Shown here: positions 1 through 10,951 of the stretch, piece by piece
How positions within the stretch are numbered: the stretch's first letter is position 1
Layout: each line of letters starts with the position of its first letter
Source: Steroidobacteraceae bacterium
GTDB lineage: Bacteria; Pseudomonadota; Gammaproteobacteria; Steroidobacterales; Steroidobacteraceae
Direction of reading: 5' to 3'
NCBI GenBank assembly: GCA_035314705.1
Contig: DATFZF010000047.1
Coordinates: 20,245 to 84,244, forward strand
DNA length: 64,000 nucleotides
Translations under genes and position numbers: made by a program
Notes under the pieces: model-generated
Databases searched by the model: none
What the model saw: the letters and a program-made list of their open reading frames with translations, nothing else
Told to the model about the DNA's origin: nothing

Positions 1-935
1 GCGCTGAAGGTGCGCAGCGCGTTGCCGCAATCCGCGGCGGCGCGGTCGAGTTGGCCGAGTTCGATCCGCGCCGAGCAATCGAACAGATCGGCAAATCCCA
101 AGCCCTGAGTGTCGTTCACCTGCGCGCTCAGCTTGCGCGCCTCGGTGTATTCCTCGATCGCGGCCGCATACTGCCCCATCAGATTGAAAATCTTGCCGCG
201 CAAGAATCGGTTGACGGACAGGGTGAGCGTCGCGCCTCGCGGGGTGGCCCAGTCGATCACTTCTTGGTTCAAGGCCAGTGCCTGCGTGTAATCTCCTGCG
301 GTGCGCATGACCGTGGACAGAATCGAAGCCGCGATGATCCGCGGCTCCGCGTACTCGGGAGCCGTGCTGGCGCGGTATGCCTGAGTCAGGCTGCCGATCG
401 CCAGGTCGGGCCGATCCTGGCGGTATTGCAGCCGGCCGCGCGTGATGAGCAGGCAGATGTCGGCGATCGAACCGCGCACTTGCGCAGCTTGCGCCGCTTC
501 GACGCTCTTGAGCGCCGCATCGATCGCCGCGGGATCGTAGATGTTTTCGGCATACGTCGTCAGCAGATCGAGGTGCACCGGATCGCTGGCCGCAGTCGCC
601 AATTTGAGGCCCTTCAACGCGGCGATTCTCGCGCCCTCATCGAGTTCGAGAATGCTGTAGGCCCGCGCCTGCACGGCATAGAGCGAGGCCAGCCGGTTCA
701 CGTCCGGCGCACTCTCGTGCTCCAAGGGCCCCACGATGGTCTGCACCCGCTTCACGGCGCGCGCGGCATCTTGATCCACCAGGGTCTGCAGTTCACGGAT
801 GGCCGGGTCGTCACTGGCCAGACAGGACGCCTGGGCCGGCGAGGGATGCATCGACCACACGAACGCCAGCAGGGAGCAAAAGCACCACGCTGGCGCGCCG
901 AGGGCGCGTCGAACCACAAGCCTGGAATTACGCAT
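1..935 (-). CDS. N-terminal part of a secreted or membrane-anchored protein with TPR-like helical repeats; gene continues past the left edge
   Basis: My own reverse-complement translation from ATG at 935..933 reads MRNSRLVVRRALGAPAWCFCSLLAFVWSMHPSPAQASCLASDDPAIRELQ... (signal-peptide-like). It stays open to base 1, so it is absent from the ORF track because no stop lies in the window. The + strand ORF 51..980 is its antisense shadow. Confidence 0.5.
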   Translation of the reverse strand, partial: MRNSRLVVRRALGAPAWCFCSLLAFVWSMHPSPAQASCLASDDPAIRELQTLVDQDAARAVKRVQTIVGPLEHESAPDVNRLASLYAVQARAYSILELDEGARIAALKGLKLATAASDPVHLDLLTTYAENIYDPAAIDAALKSVEAAQAAQVRGSIADICLLITRGRLQYRQDRPDLAIGSLTQAYRASTAPEYAEPRIIAASILSTVMRTAGDYTQALALNQEVIDWATPRGATLTLSVNRFLRGKIFNLMGQYAAAIEEYTEARKLSAQVNDTQGLGFADLFDCSARIELGQLDRAAADCGNALRTFS

Positions 936-1179
936 GAAGACGGACACGATATCTGTTCCGCAAAATTCGTTCGACACTAAATGTCACGGTTTCCTTTTTC
1001 CAGTGGGAAACGCGCACGGCGTTGGGCGGCAGACCCTGAATTGCGCCGGATTGTGACACTCGTCGCAGGCGCCGCCGCCGCCTTGTGGCCGCCCGGCACC
1101 GCTGGGGTGACAAGTTCGCCCGCACCGGGCATATTAGATTAGGTTGCCCCGCAACAAAAAGCTAACGATAGGGCCATCC

Positions 1180-2535
1180 ATGACAACTTCGCTGCTCGAC
1201 CGTCAAGCCACTATTGCGCCGCCGGGATTCAATCGATTCTTGGTACCCCCCGCGGCGCTCGCGGTGCATCTGTCGATCGGCCAGGCCTATGCCTTCTCGA
1301 CGTTCAATCTGCCGCTCACCAAGCTGATCGGAATCACGCATTCCGCGCCCGGCGACTGGGATTTGAAAGAGGTGGGTTGGATCTTCTCCATTGCCATCGT
1401 CTTCTTGGGCTCCTCGGCTGCCGTATTCGGGCGTTGGGTGGAACGCGTCGGTCCGCGCCGGTCGATGTTCACCGCCGCGCTGTGCTTCAGCGGCGGTTTC
1501 CTGGTGTCGGCGGTCGGAATCCACCTGCACCAGCTCTGGCTGATCTACTTGGGATACGGGGTACTCGGCGGGTGCGGGCTCGGCATCGGCTACATCTCGC
1601 CGGTCTCGACGCTGATCAAATGGTTCCCCGATCGGCCCGGCATGGCCACGGGCATGGCCATCATGGGCTTCGGCGGCGGCGCGCTCATCGCCGCGCCGCT
1701 CTCGGTGATGCTGATGGATCATTTCAAGACCGCGGCCTCGAACGGGGTGCTCGAGACCTTCGTCACCATGGGCGTCATTTACTTCATGTTCATGATGATC
1801 GGCGTGTACACGGTTCGCGTGCCGGCGGCCGATTGGAAACCCGCGGGCTGGACCGCGCCGGCGCAGCCGAAACAACTCGTGACTTCCGCCAATGTGTCGG
1901 TCGACATGGCGTGGCGCACGCCGCAGTTCTGGCTGCTGTGGGTGGTGCTCTGCATGAACGTGACCGCCGGCATCGGCGTGCTCGGTCAGGCCTCGCCCAT
2001 GATCCAGGAAATTTTCAGCGGCCGCGTGACGCCCTCGGCTGCGGCGGGCTTCGTCGGTTTGATCAGCCTGTTCAACATGGTCGGCCGGTTCTTCTGGGCC
2101 TCCACCTCCGACTACATCGGGCGGCGCAACACCTACATGGTGTTCTTTCTGCTCGGCATCCTGCTGTACTCCGCGGTGCCGACGCTCGGCCATTGGGGCT
2201 CCACCCCGTTGTTCGTCGCGGCCTTCTGCATCATTCTCTCCATGTACGGCGGCGGCTTCGCCACCATCCCCGCCTACCTGCGCGATATGTTCGGCACGTA
2301 TCAAGTCGGCGCCATCCACGGCCGGCTGCTGACCGCCTGGTCGGTCGCGGGGGTCTTGGGTCCGGTGCTCGTGAACTACATACGCCAATACCAGATCGAC
2401 AGCGGCGTGCCCAAGGCGCAGGCGTACTCGGTCACCATGTACATCATGTGCGGCCTGCTGCTGATCGGTTTCTTGTGCAATTTCGCCATGCGTGCGGTCG
2501 ACGAGAATTATCACTACCGCGGGAGCACCACATGA
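1180..2535 (+). CDS. MFS transporter, oxalate/formate antiporter (OFA/YhjX-like) family
   Basis: ORF 1144..2535. Multi-pass hydrophobic protein with an OFA-like N-terminus (FNRFLVPPAALAVHLSIGQAYAFSTFNLPL). Start is ambiguous between TTG 1144 and in-frame ATG 1180. Confidence 0.85.
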   Translation: MTTSLLDRQATIAPPGFNRFLVPPAALAVHLSIGQAYAFSTFNLPLTKLIGITHSAPGDWDLKEVGWIFSIAIVFLGSSAAVFGRWVERVGPRRSMFTAALCFSGGFLVSAVGIHLHQLWLIYLGYGVLGGCGLGIGYISPVSTLIKWFPDRPGMATGMAIMGFGGGALIAAPLSVMLMDHFKTAASNGVLETFVTMGVIYFMFMMIGVYTVRVPAADWKPAGWTAPAQPKQLVTSANVSVDMAWRTPQFWLLWVVLCMNVTAGIGVLGQASPMIQEIFSGRVTPSAAAGFVGLISLFNMVGRFFWASTSDYIGRRNTYMVFFLLGILLYSAVPTLGHWGSTPLFVAAFCIILSMYGGGFATIPAYLRDMFGTYQVGAIHGRLLTAWSVAGVLGPVLVNYIRQYQIDSGVPKAQAYSVTMYIMCGLLLIGFLCNFAMRAVDENYHYRGSTT

Positions 2536-2630
2536 AGGGACGACTGGTCATTCTCTGGGCGGTGGTGGGAATTCCCCTGCTGTGGGGCGTCATGAAGACC
2601 CTGCAGAATGCCATGAAGCTTTTTCAGTAA
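2532..2630 (+). CDS. 32-aa single-TM microprotein translationally coupled to the MFS gene (MFS small-subunit-like)
   Basis: ATG 2532 overlaps the MFS stop TGA 2533..2535 (ATGA). It encodes MKGRLVILWAVVGIPLLWGVMKTLQNAMKLFQ, visible as the tail of track ORF 1377..2630. One hydrophobic helix. Confidence 0.55.
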   Translation: MKGRLVILWAVVGIPLLWGVMKTLQNAMKLFQ

Positions 2631-2823
2631 GCTGCAAGGCGGCACCGGCACAGCGGCCGGCCGGCGGGCGGCCGCGAAACTGTGAACTTTAGGGTTGTGT
2701 CGGGGCCTAATTGCCTCTATAGGTGGATATGGTGGCGACCCGCGCCCGCGCCTGTATGGATACAGCGGCTCTAAATTGAAAATTGTACCCAGCAATCAAT
2801 CGCTGATTCTCGCGGGCGAGCCC

Positions 2824-3165
2824 ATGGGCGCACGCGGTGGGTCGGATCCTTTTCTCGACCAAGCCTCGCGGCTGGTCGCGTCCGGGGCTGGGCTGACTCG
2901 CGTGACCATCCTGGCGACGCGCCCGGACTCCACGGTGGTGGTCCAAGCCGACTACGGCACGCGTGCAGAGCAAGCGCCGGTGCATTCACAGCTGCCGGCG
3001 CCGGCCGGCATCGCATCCGATGCGCCGCCGACCGTGGCGGCAAATTCCTCGCTGCAGATCTACCCCCGGGTGACTGGGTCCTATCGCAATCCCGTCGACC
3101 TGTACGTGCGCACGCAACGCGGCCTGGATCGCCCCACACCGAAGCTGCTGGACCTTCTGGCTTAG
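2824..3165 (+). CDS. hypothetical protein (start uncertain)
   Basis: Part of ORF 2695..3165. From ATG 2824 onward third codon positions are mostly G/C, as in the real genes here; upstream of 2824 the frame is AT-richer. No family recognised. Confidence 0.35.
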   Translation: MGARGGSDPFLDQASRLVASGAGLTRVTILATRPDSTVVVQADYGTRAEQAPVHSQLPAPAGIASDAPPTVAANSSLQIYPRVTGSYRNPVDLYVRTQRGLDRPTPKLLDLLA

Positions 3166-3192
3166 GAACCCCTTCTCCCAAACGACGCGCGC

Positions 3193-4497
3193 CTAGCGCA
3201 CCCGGGCATGCAGCGGCCGGCGCGCGAACCATCCGAAGCCGAGAATGGTGACATAGCAGGCCGCCGGTACGATCAGCGCGGCTTTAAGTCCCCACACATC
3301 CGCGGCATTGCCGGTCAGCAGCGGAACGATGGCGCCGCCGACGATGGCCATGCAGATGATCCCGGACCCTTCCGCGGCGCGAGTACCCAGTCCTTCGCTC
3401 GCCAGGGTAAAGATTGTCGGAAACATGATGGAGTTGAACAGTCCGATCGCCAGCAGCGACCAGCCCGAGACCAGGCCCACCGTATTGGCCGAAATCGTCA
3501 ACAAGATGACCACGGCCGCCGCCGCGCAGGCCAATACCTTGCCAGGCGCGAACAGCCGCAGCAGGTAGGCGCCGATGAAGCGCCCCACCATGGCGCCGCC
3601 CCAATAGAACGATACATGTTTGCCGGCCAGATCCGATGCCATGCCGAGCACGTTCGATTGCATCAGATAACTCACGATCAGTGAACCGATCGCCACTTCG
3701 CCGCCGACGTAGAGAAATATGCACAGCGTGCCGAATGCGAAGCGCGGCCGGGTGAGCAGATTGAACGCCCGCAGGATGGGCGTCGGCGCCACCGGCGCCT
3801 CGACCAAGGCTCTGCGCCGAAACCACACCACCGCGGCCACCACCAGCAGCGCGATGGCGAGGCCAATGTAGGTGCGGACCACGACCTGGGTCTCGGCGCT
3901 GCGAAAGGCATCGAGCGCCGCGCCCGACAGGGTGGTGGGGTCAACGGTCGCCAGCGAGCCCAAGATCAGAATTGAGCCTACATACGGAAAGACGGTCGTT
4001 CCCACCGAATTGAACGCCTGAGCAAAGGTCAGCCGGCTGCTCGCGGTGCGCGCCGGTCCCAACATGGAGATCAGCGGGTTCGCGACCACCTGGACCGTGG
4101 TGATGCCGGCCGCCAGCACGAACAGGGCGAGCAGAAACAGACCGAACACCCCGTTGGAGGATGCGGGTATGAACAGCAGACACCCCACCGTCATGGTCAA
4201 GAGGCCGACGACCGCCGAGCGCATGTAGCCAACCCGCCGCACCAGTTCAGCGGCGGGAATCGAAATGACGAAATAGGCCACGAAAAATGCGAATTGCACC
4301 AGCATCACTTCGCCGTACGAGAGGGTGAACAGCGCTTTGAGCTTGGGAATGATCACATCATTGAGGCTGGTGATCCCGCCGAAGGCAAAGAACAGCACGT
4401 ACACGAACGCCTGCAGATTGGCCGCGTAGCTGGCATGAGCCTCGCTGGCATCGTCGCTGACGGCAGGGGCTGTGGAGACGGCGGAATCGAATGCCAT
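3193..4497 (-). CDS. sugar MFS transporter, FucP/GluP (fucose or glucose/galactose:H+ symporter) family
   Basis: ORF 434 aa. N-terminus FVYVLFFAFGGITSLNDVIIPKLKALFTLSYGEVMLVQFAFFVAYF is characteristic of the FucP/GluP family; 12-TM-like. Confidence 0.85.
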   Translation of the reverse strand: MAFDSAVSTAPAVSDDASEAHASYAANLQAFVYVLFFAFGGITSLNDVIIPKLKALFTLSYGEVMLVQFAFFVAYFVISIPAAELVRRVGYMRSAVVGLLTMTVGCLLFIPASSNGVFGLFLLALFVLAAGITTVQVVANPLISMLGPARTASSRLTFAQAFNSVGTTVFPYVGSILILGSLATVDPTTLSGAALDAFRSAETQVVVRTYIGLAIALLVVAAVVWFRRRALVEAPVAPTPILRAFNLLTRPRFAFGTLCIFLYVGGEVAIGSLIVSYLMQSNVLGMASDLAGKHVSFYWGGAMVGRFIGAYLLRLFAPGKVLACAAAAVVILLTISANTVGLVSGWSLLAIGLFNSIMFPTIFTLASEGLGTRAAEGSGIICMAIVGGAIVPLLTGNAADVWGLKAALIVPAACYVTILGFGWFARRPLHARVR

Positions 4498-4620
4498 GGT
4501 GTTGTTCCTAAGATCTATGGTTTGGGCTTAGCGCGGCTGCCAGCTGCATCGGAGCAGCATCATATGACAGCGATGTCACATCCTGCTACCAGCCTATCCT
4601 ACTCGGCCGTCGGCGGCGCA

Positions 4621-6121
<1,501 letters not shown>

Positions 6122-6134
6122 CGCGCGATTCCCG

Positions 6135-7016
6135 TCATCGCGGCTGCGGCTGAGGCTGCGATTTGTTGAAATACTTGAAATAGGCGTTGTCGGGCGCGAT
6201 CACCAACACATCGCCCTGGGTCCCCACGGCCTCTCGATACGACATCATGCTGCGATAGAAGCTGTAGAACTCCGCGTTCTTCGAATAGCTCTTCGCATAC
6301 ACCTCGCTGGCGGAGGCGTCGCCCTGGCCGCGAATCTGGCCGGCTTGGCGCGCCGCATCGGCCAGGATCTCGGTTTGCTGCTTGTTCGCGTCGGCGCGCG
6401 TGCGCTCGGATGATTCGACGCCCTCGGCACGCAATTTGGCGGCCTGCGCTTTGAAGGTCGCGCGCATGCGCTCGAATACCGAATCCTGGACCTGTTGCGG
6501 CAGATCGATCTTGGTGATGCGCACGTCGACCAGATCCACGCCCAGTTGCACGGCGGCGGGCCGCGCATTCTTCATCATGGACTCGGTGAATTCGGCGCGA
6601 TCCGCGGTCACGACCTGCTGCAGCGTGCGCTGCGTCACCACGGTCTTGATGCTGTCCTTGATGGTTTCGCCCAGGCGATCGTTGGCGACTTCCTCGGTTC
6701 CGCCCGTCCCCTCGTAGTAGCGGCGCAGATTGTTGATGCGCCACTTGACGTAGAAATCCACCTTGAGCTGCTCTTGTTCGCGCGTCAGGAACGGCTCCTG
6801 CCGATACAGCTGCGTGATGATGCGCTTGTCGAACTGGCGCACGTCATGCACCAGGGGAATTTTGAAATGCAGCCCCGGCTGGAAATCGGAATCGACGATT
6901 TCGCCGCCGATCGACTTGATGGCGAGCTGTCCTTCGTTGACGGTGAACAGGCTGGCGCGCCCCAGCAGAATGACCGCAACCAGCCCCAGCAACGCATACA
7001 GTATTTTGTTTTGCAT
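6135..7016 (-). CDS. hflC: protease modulator HflC (SPFH/band 7)
   Basis: 293 aa; N-terminal TM then an SPFH domain; follows hflK. Confidence 0.95.
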   Translation of the reverse strand: MQNKILYALLGLVAVILLGRASLFTVNEGQLAIKSIGGEIVDSDFQPGLHFKIPLVHDVRQFDKRIITQLYRQEPFLTREQEQLKVDFYVKWRINNLRRYYEGTGGTEEVANDRLGETIKDSIKTVVTQRTLQQVVTADRAEFTESMMKNARPAAVQLGVDLVDVRITKIDLPQQVQDSVFERMRATFKAQAAKLRAEGVESSERTRADANKQQTEILADAARQAGQIRGQGDASASEVYAKSYSKNAEFYSFYRSMMSYREAVGTQGDVLVIAPDNAYFKYFNKSQPQPQPR

Positions 7017-8155
7017 CAGCGAACCCCGCGCGCGCGTGCCGGATCCTCGGGCGGCGCGACCTGGATCTCGGGGACCCGCGCCGCAGGCACGGTCATCGTG
7101 TCGTTCGGCATCGAGATCGATTGCGGCCCGGGCGCGATCAATTTGTCGAGGGGCAAATACATCATGCTGTTGCCGCTCTTGGTGTCGACGATGACCTTGC
7201 GCGAGTTCTTGTACACGTTCTCCATGGCCTCGAGATACATGCGTTCGCGGGTGACCGCGGGGGCGTGCTCATACTGGGCGAGCACCTGATCGAAGCGCGA
7301 GGTCTCGCCCTGCGCCAGCGCCAGCACCTGCAGGCGGTAGGCCTCGGCGTCCAGCACTTCCTTGGCGGCGGCGCCGCGCGCCCGCGGCAGCACGTCGTTG
7401 CGGTAGGTTTCCGCGTCCTGCTGATAGCGCTGGCGGTCCTTGTCTGCTTTGATGGCGTCGCGCTGCGCATCCTGCACCGCTTCGGGCACGTTCACGCCGG
7501 TGAGATTCACGCTCAGGATGTGAATCCCCATGTCGTAATTGTCGAGCGTCCTTTGCAGCAGAAACTTCGCGCGTTCGGTGATCGACACGTCGAACGCCAG
7601 CGCCTTGTCGAGCGAGGCCTGGCCGACGGCTTCGCGCATCGCGCTTTCGCTGACCTGGGTCAGCGTATCCTCGACGTCGCGCACCTTGAACAGCAATTTG
7701 AGCGCATCGGGCTGCACGTATTGAACCGCGGATTTGACCTCGACCAGATTGGTGTCGGCCGTGAGCATGCTGGCGTCGTCGACGACGCTGTATTGGTGCG
7801 ACACATTGACGATGATCCTGCGTTCAATGGGCCACGGCAGATGCCAGTTGTAGCCGGGACCGGTGGTTTGCAGATACTTGCCGAAGCGCAAAACCACCGC
7901 GCGCTCTTGCTGGTCGACGCGGTACACGCCGCTGCCGATCCACACGGCGCCGATCAGAACCAGGATACTGCCCATGCTCTTGCCCAGGCCGCCGGCACCC
8001 TGGCCGCCGCCGCCGCCGCCGGAGCCCCCGCCGCGGCCGAACAAGGCCGACAAGCGGCGCTGGAAGTTGCGCAGCACGTCGTCCAAATCGTTTTGCGATT
8101 GTTGCGGGCGGTTCCACGGGTTGCGTTTCTCGCCGCCAGGTTCGTTCCAAGCCAT
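7016..8155 (-). CDS. hflK: FtsH protease activity modulator HflK
   Basis: MAWNEPGG...NPWN N-terminus, Gly-rich stretch, TM, SPFH domain; 379 aa. Confidence 0.95.
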   Translation of the reverse strand: MAWNEPGGEKRNPWNRPQQSQNDLDDVLRNFQRRLSALFGRGGGSGGGGGGQGAGGLGKSMGSILVLIGAVWIGSGVYRVDQQERAVVLRFGKYLQTTGPGYNWHLPWPIERRIIVNVSHQYSVVDDASMLTADTNLVEVKSAVQYVQPDALKLLFKVRDVEDTLTQVSESAMREAVGQASLDKALAFDVSITERAKFLLQRTLDNYDMGIHILSVNLTGVNVPEAVQDAQRDAIKADKDRQRYQQDAETYRNDVLPRARGAAAKEVLDAEAYRLQVLALAQGETSRFDQVLAQYEHAPAVTRERMYLEAMENVYKNSRKVIVDTKSGNSMMYLPLDKLIAPGPQSISMPNDTMTVPAARVPEIQVAPPEDPARARGVR

Positions 8156-8218
8156 GCCTAGTGCCTATTTATGAAGAGCCGCGCATTCTAACAGCCGACC
8201 TGGCCGCCACACGAGGGC

Positions 8219-9523
8219 TCAAGCGACGCGCTGCGCGCGGGTTCTTGCGTTATTGTCCACCAAGTTGACGCCTTTGCTGCCCAATAATTTGGCAACCTCG
8301 GCGATATCGAGTTCCACGGTGAGATCCCAGCTGCCATCCTCGCATTGCCGCTCGCCGCGCACGGCATTGCGCCGATACAGATCGGACCGGACCGCGGCCG
8401 CCTGAAGCTCGAGATGCAGGGTGCGGCGTACCTGGTTGGGGCGCACGGCATGCGCCAAGGCCTCGCGCAACCCCGGCAGGCCGTCGCCGGTCACTGCGGA
8501 CACCGCAACGAGTGCCGCTACTCCATCCGCTCCTTGGACGATTCGGGGCTTCTCGCCGGCCAAGTCGATTTTGTTCAATACCACGAGTTCGCGGATCTCG
8601 CCTGCACCAATACCGCGCAGCACCTCACGGACCTGTTCGATGCGTTCATCCCGCAGCGGATCGCTCGCATCCACCACGTGCAGCAGCAGATCGGCATCCC
8701 GCGCCTCTTGCAGAGTCGAACGGAACGCCGCCACCAATTCGTGGGGCAAGGCCCGCACGAAGCCCACGGTATCGGCCAGCACCACCTCGCCCACGCCGGC
8801 GAGCTTGACCTGCCGCACCGTGGGATCGAGGGTGGCAAACAACTGGTCGGCCACATAGGTGGTCGAGCCGGTCAAGGCGTTGAACAGCGTGGACTTGCCG
8901 GCGTTGGTGTAGCCCACCAAGGCCACGGTGGGCACAGGCACTTCGCGCCTCACGTGCCGGCCGGTGTCGCGCTGCCGGGCCAGCTTCTCCAGCCGCGCCT
9001 TGAGGGTACGGATGCGCTTGGCAATCAGGCGCCGGTCGGTTTCCAACTGAGTCTCGCCCGGGCCCCGCAATCCGATGCCGCCCTTCTGCCGCTCGAGGTG
9101 GGTCCAGCCTCGGACCAGGCGGGTCGCCAAATGCGAGAGTTGCGCGAGCTCGACTTGCAGCTTGCCCTCGAAGCTGCGTGCGCGCTGCGCAAAAATATCC
9201 AGAATCAAGCCGTTACGATCCAATACTCGACGCCCGGTAAGTTTCTCCAGATTGCGCTCCTGGCTGGGAGTCAGGGTCTGGTCCACCAGCACCACGTCCG
9301 CACTGTGCGCTACCGCACATAGGCGGATTTCCTCTGCCTTGCCGGTCCCCACGAAATATTTGGGGTCGGGCCGCGCGCGCGCTGCCAGCACCAAGCCGAC
9401 GGGAAGCGTACCGGCCGAGGCGGCGAGCGCCTTGAACTCGGCCGTATCGTTGGGATCGACCGGATGACCGATGCCGACGCCGACCAGGATGGCCCGCTCA
9501 CCGCCGCGAGGGCGTTCAAACAA
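8219..9523 (-). CDS. hflX: GTPase HflX
   Basis: G1 motif VALVGYTNAGKSTLFNALT, DTVGF, NKID; 434 aa; downstream of hfq. Confidence 0.95.
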   Translation of the reverse strand: MFERPRGGERAILVGVGIGHPVDPNDTAEFKALAASAGTLPVGLVLAARARPDPKYFVGTGKAEEIRLCAVAHSADVVLVDQTLTPSQERNLEKLTGRRVLDRNGLILDIFAQRARSFEGKLQVELAQLSHLATRLVRGWTHLERQKGGIGLRGPGETQLETDRRLIAKRIRTLKARLEKLARQRDTGRHVRREVPVPTVALVGYTNAGKSTLFNALTGSTTYVADQLFATLDPTVRQVKLAGVGEVVLADTVGFVRALPHELVAAFRSTLQEARDADLLLHVVDASDPLRDERIEQVREVLRGIGAGEIRELVVLNKIDLAGEKPRIVQGADGVAALVAVSAVTGDGLPGLREALAHAVRPNQVRRTLHLELQAAAVRSDLYRRNAVRGERQCEDGSWDLTVELDIAEVAKLLGSKGVNLVDNNARTRAQRVA

Positions 9524-9570
9524 CTGCAGAGAGCCGCCCCGTCACCCGACCCTTCCCCATTGGACAAGGC

Positions 9571-9828
9571 TCATTCGACAATGGCCGGTTCCGTCACTTC
9601 GCCATCCTCGCCGGTCGGCAATCGCACATTGCGTGCCGGAACCACGGTGGAAATAGCATGTTTATAGACCATCTGACTCACGCTATTCCTGAGTAAGACG
9701 ACGAACTGGTCGAATGAATCGATCTGTCCCTGTAATTTTATGCCGTTCACAAGATAAATTGAGACGGGCACGCGTTCTTTGCGCAGGGCATTCAAGAATG
9801 GATCCTGCAGAGACTGGCCACGGGCCAT
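9571..9828 (-). CDS. hfq: RNA chaperone Hfq
   Basis: [48 protein letters not shown] (Sm1/Sm2 motifs). ATG at 9828 is preceded by GGAG. The track ORF extends to 9921, but that N-terminal extension is not Hfq-like. Confidence 0.95.
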   Translation of the reverse strand: MARGQSLQDPFLNALRKERVPVSIYLVNGIKLQGQIDSFDQFVVLLRNSVSQMVYKHAISTVVPARNVRLPTGEDGEVTEPAIVE

Positions 9829-9907
9829 GGGTGAAGCTCCTTGTTTTTTAGTTTCCTTTGTATTGCCGAACCACTTCCCTGCGGCACCAGGCACATACCC
9901 AATCATG

Positions 9908-10951
9908 CTAGCACAGCGCACCTTGCGGCGTTACACCGGACGATGCTGGAAATCCGCCCGCACACAGTGCATCCATCATCATCCGTGCAACTTGAGGATG
10001 CATGGAATCGAACCACTGTGCACGCTCGCGCCGCCGCAGCCAGGTCAACTGCCGCTTGGCAAGTTGCCGCGTCGCCGCAATCGCTTGTTTTCCCGCCTCA
10101 TCCAACGCGCATTGCCCCGCTAAATGCCGCCATAACTGTCGATATCCGACCGCACGCATCGATGGATGTTCCGCAGTGAGATCGCCTCTTTCATAAAGCG
10201 TCCGCACCTCACCCAGCAAGCCTGCCTCGAGCATCGCGCCGAAGCGCACTTCGATTCTGGTGTGTAAATTGCGGCGTTCAAGGGGTGCCAGCGCAAATTC
10301 TGTGACTTCCGCGTCGGCAAATACCGACACCCGCTTTTGTTGCAATCTCGTGATGGTTTCGCCCGTCAGCCGATGCACCTCGAGCGCGCGCTGGATGCGC
10401 TGCGGATCGTTGACGTGAATCCGCGCCGCGGCCGCCGGGTCCACTCTCTCGAGTTCCCGGTGCACCGCCGCCCATCCTGAACTCGCCGCTTGGGCGTCGA
10501 TGTCGGCTCGCACCTCAAGATCCGCTGCGGGCAATTCCGCGATCCCGTGAGTCAGGGCGTGGAAGTACAGCATCGTGCCGCCCACCAGCAGCGGCTGGCG
10601 CCCACGCTGCCAAATATCCTGCATGGCCCGCAGCGCATCGCGCGCGAACTCCCCGGCCGAATAACTCTCGGTGGGATCACGGATGTCGATCAAGTGGTGC
10701 GCGACTCGGCTGCGCAGCGCGGCGTCAGGCTTGGCGGTGCCAATGTCCATCCCGCGGTACACCAGCGCCGAATCGACACTCACAATCTCGACGGGCAACG
10801 TTTCGGCGATGCGCATCGCAAGGTCGGATTTGCCCGACCCCGTCGGGCCCATCAGCAATATCGCTCGGCGACCGTTGGCCGCCCCACTCGCCCCTGCGCC
10901 GCGTTGCGCCACCCGGGCTGCGCCGGCCCCGCGTTGCCCAGCCCGGCTCAT
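9908..10951 (-). CDS. miaA: tRNA dimethylallyltransferase
   Basis: P-loop [13 protein letters not shown], then [22 protein letters not shown] at 10951 shares one base with the mutL stop (TGATG). The track ORF start at 11026 lies inside mutL. Confidence 0.93.
   Translation of the reverse strand: MSRAGQRGAGAARVAQRGAGASGAANGRRAILLMGPTGSGKSDLAMRIAETLPVEIVSVDSALVYRGMDIGTAKPDAALRSRVAHHLIDIRDPTESYSAGEFARDALRAMQDIWQRGRQPLLVGGTMLYFHALTHGIAELPAADLEVRADIDAQAASSGWAAVHRELERVDPAAAARIHVNDPQRIQRALEVHRLTGETITRLQQKRVSVFADAEVTEFALAPLERRNLHTRIEVRFGAMLEAGLLGEVRTLYERGDLTAEHPSMRAVGYRQLWRHLAGQCALDEAGKQAIAATRQLAKRQLTWLRRRERAQWFDSMHPQVARMMMDALCAGGFPASSGVTPQGALC

Noticed and set aside
2752-2765. Possible LexA (SOS) box
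   Set aside because: The gammaproteobacterial consensus is CTGT-N8-ACAG. This site is CTGT-N6-ACAG, so the spacing does not fit.
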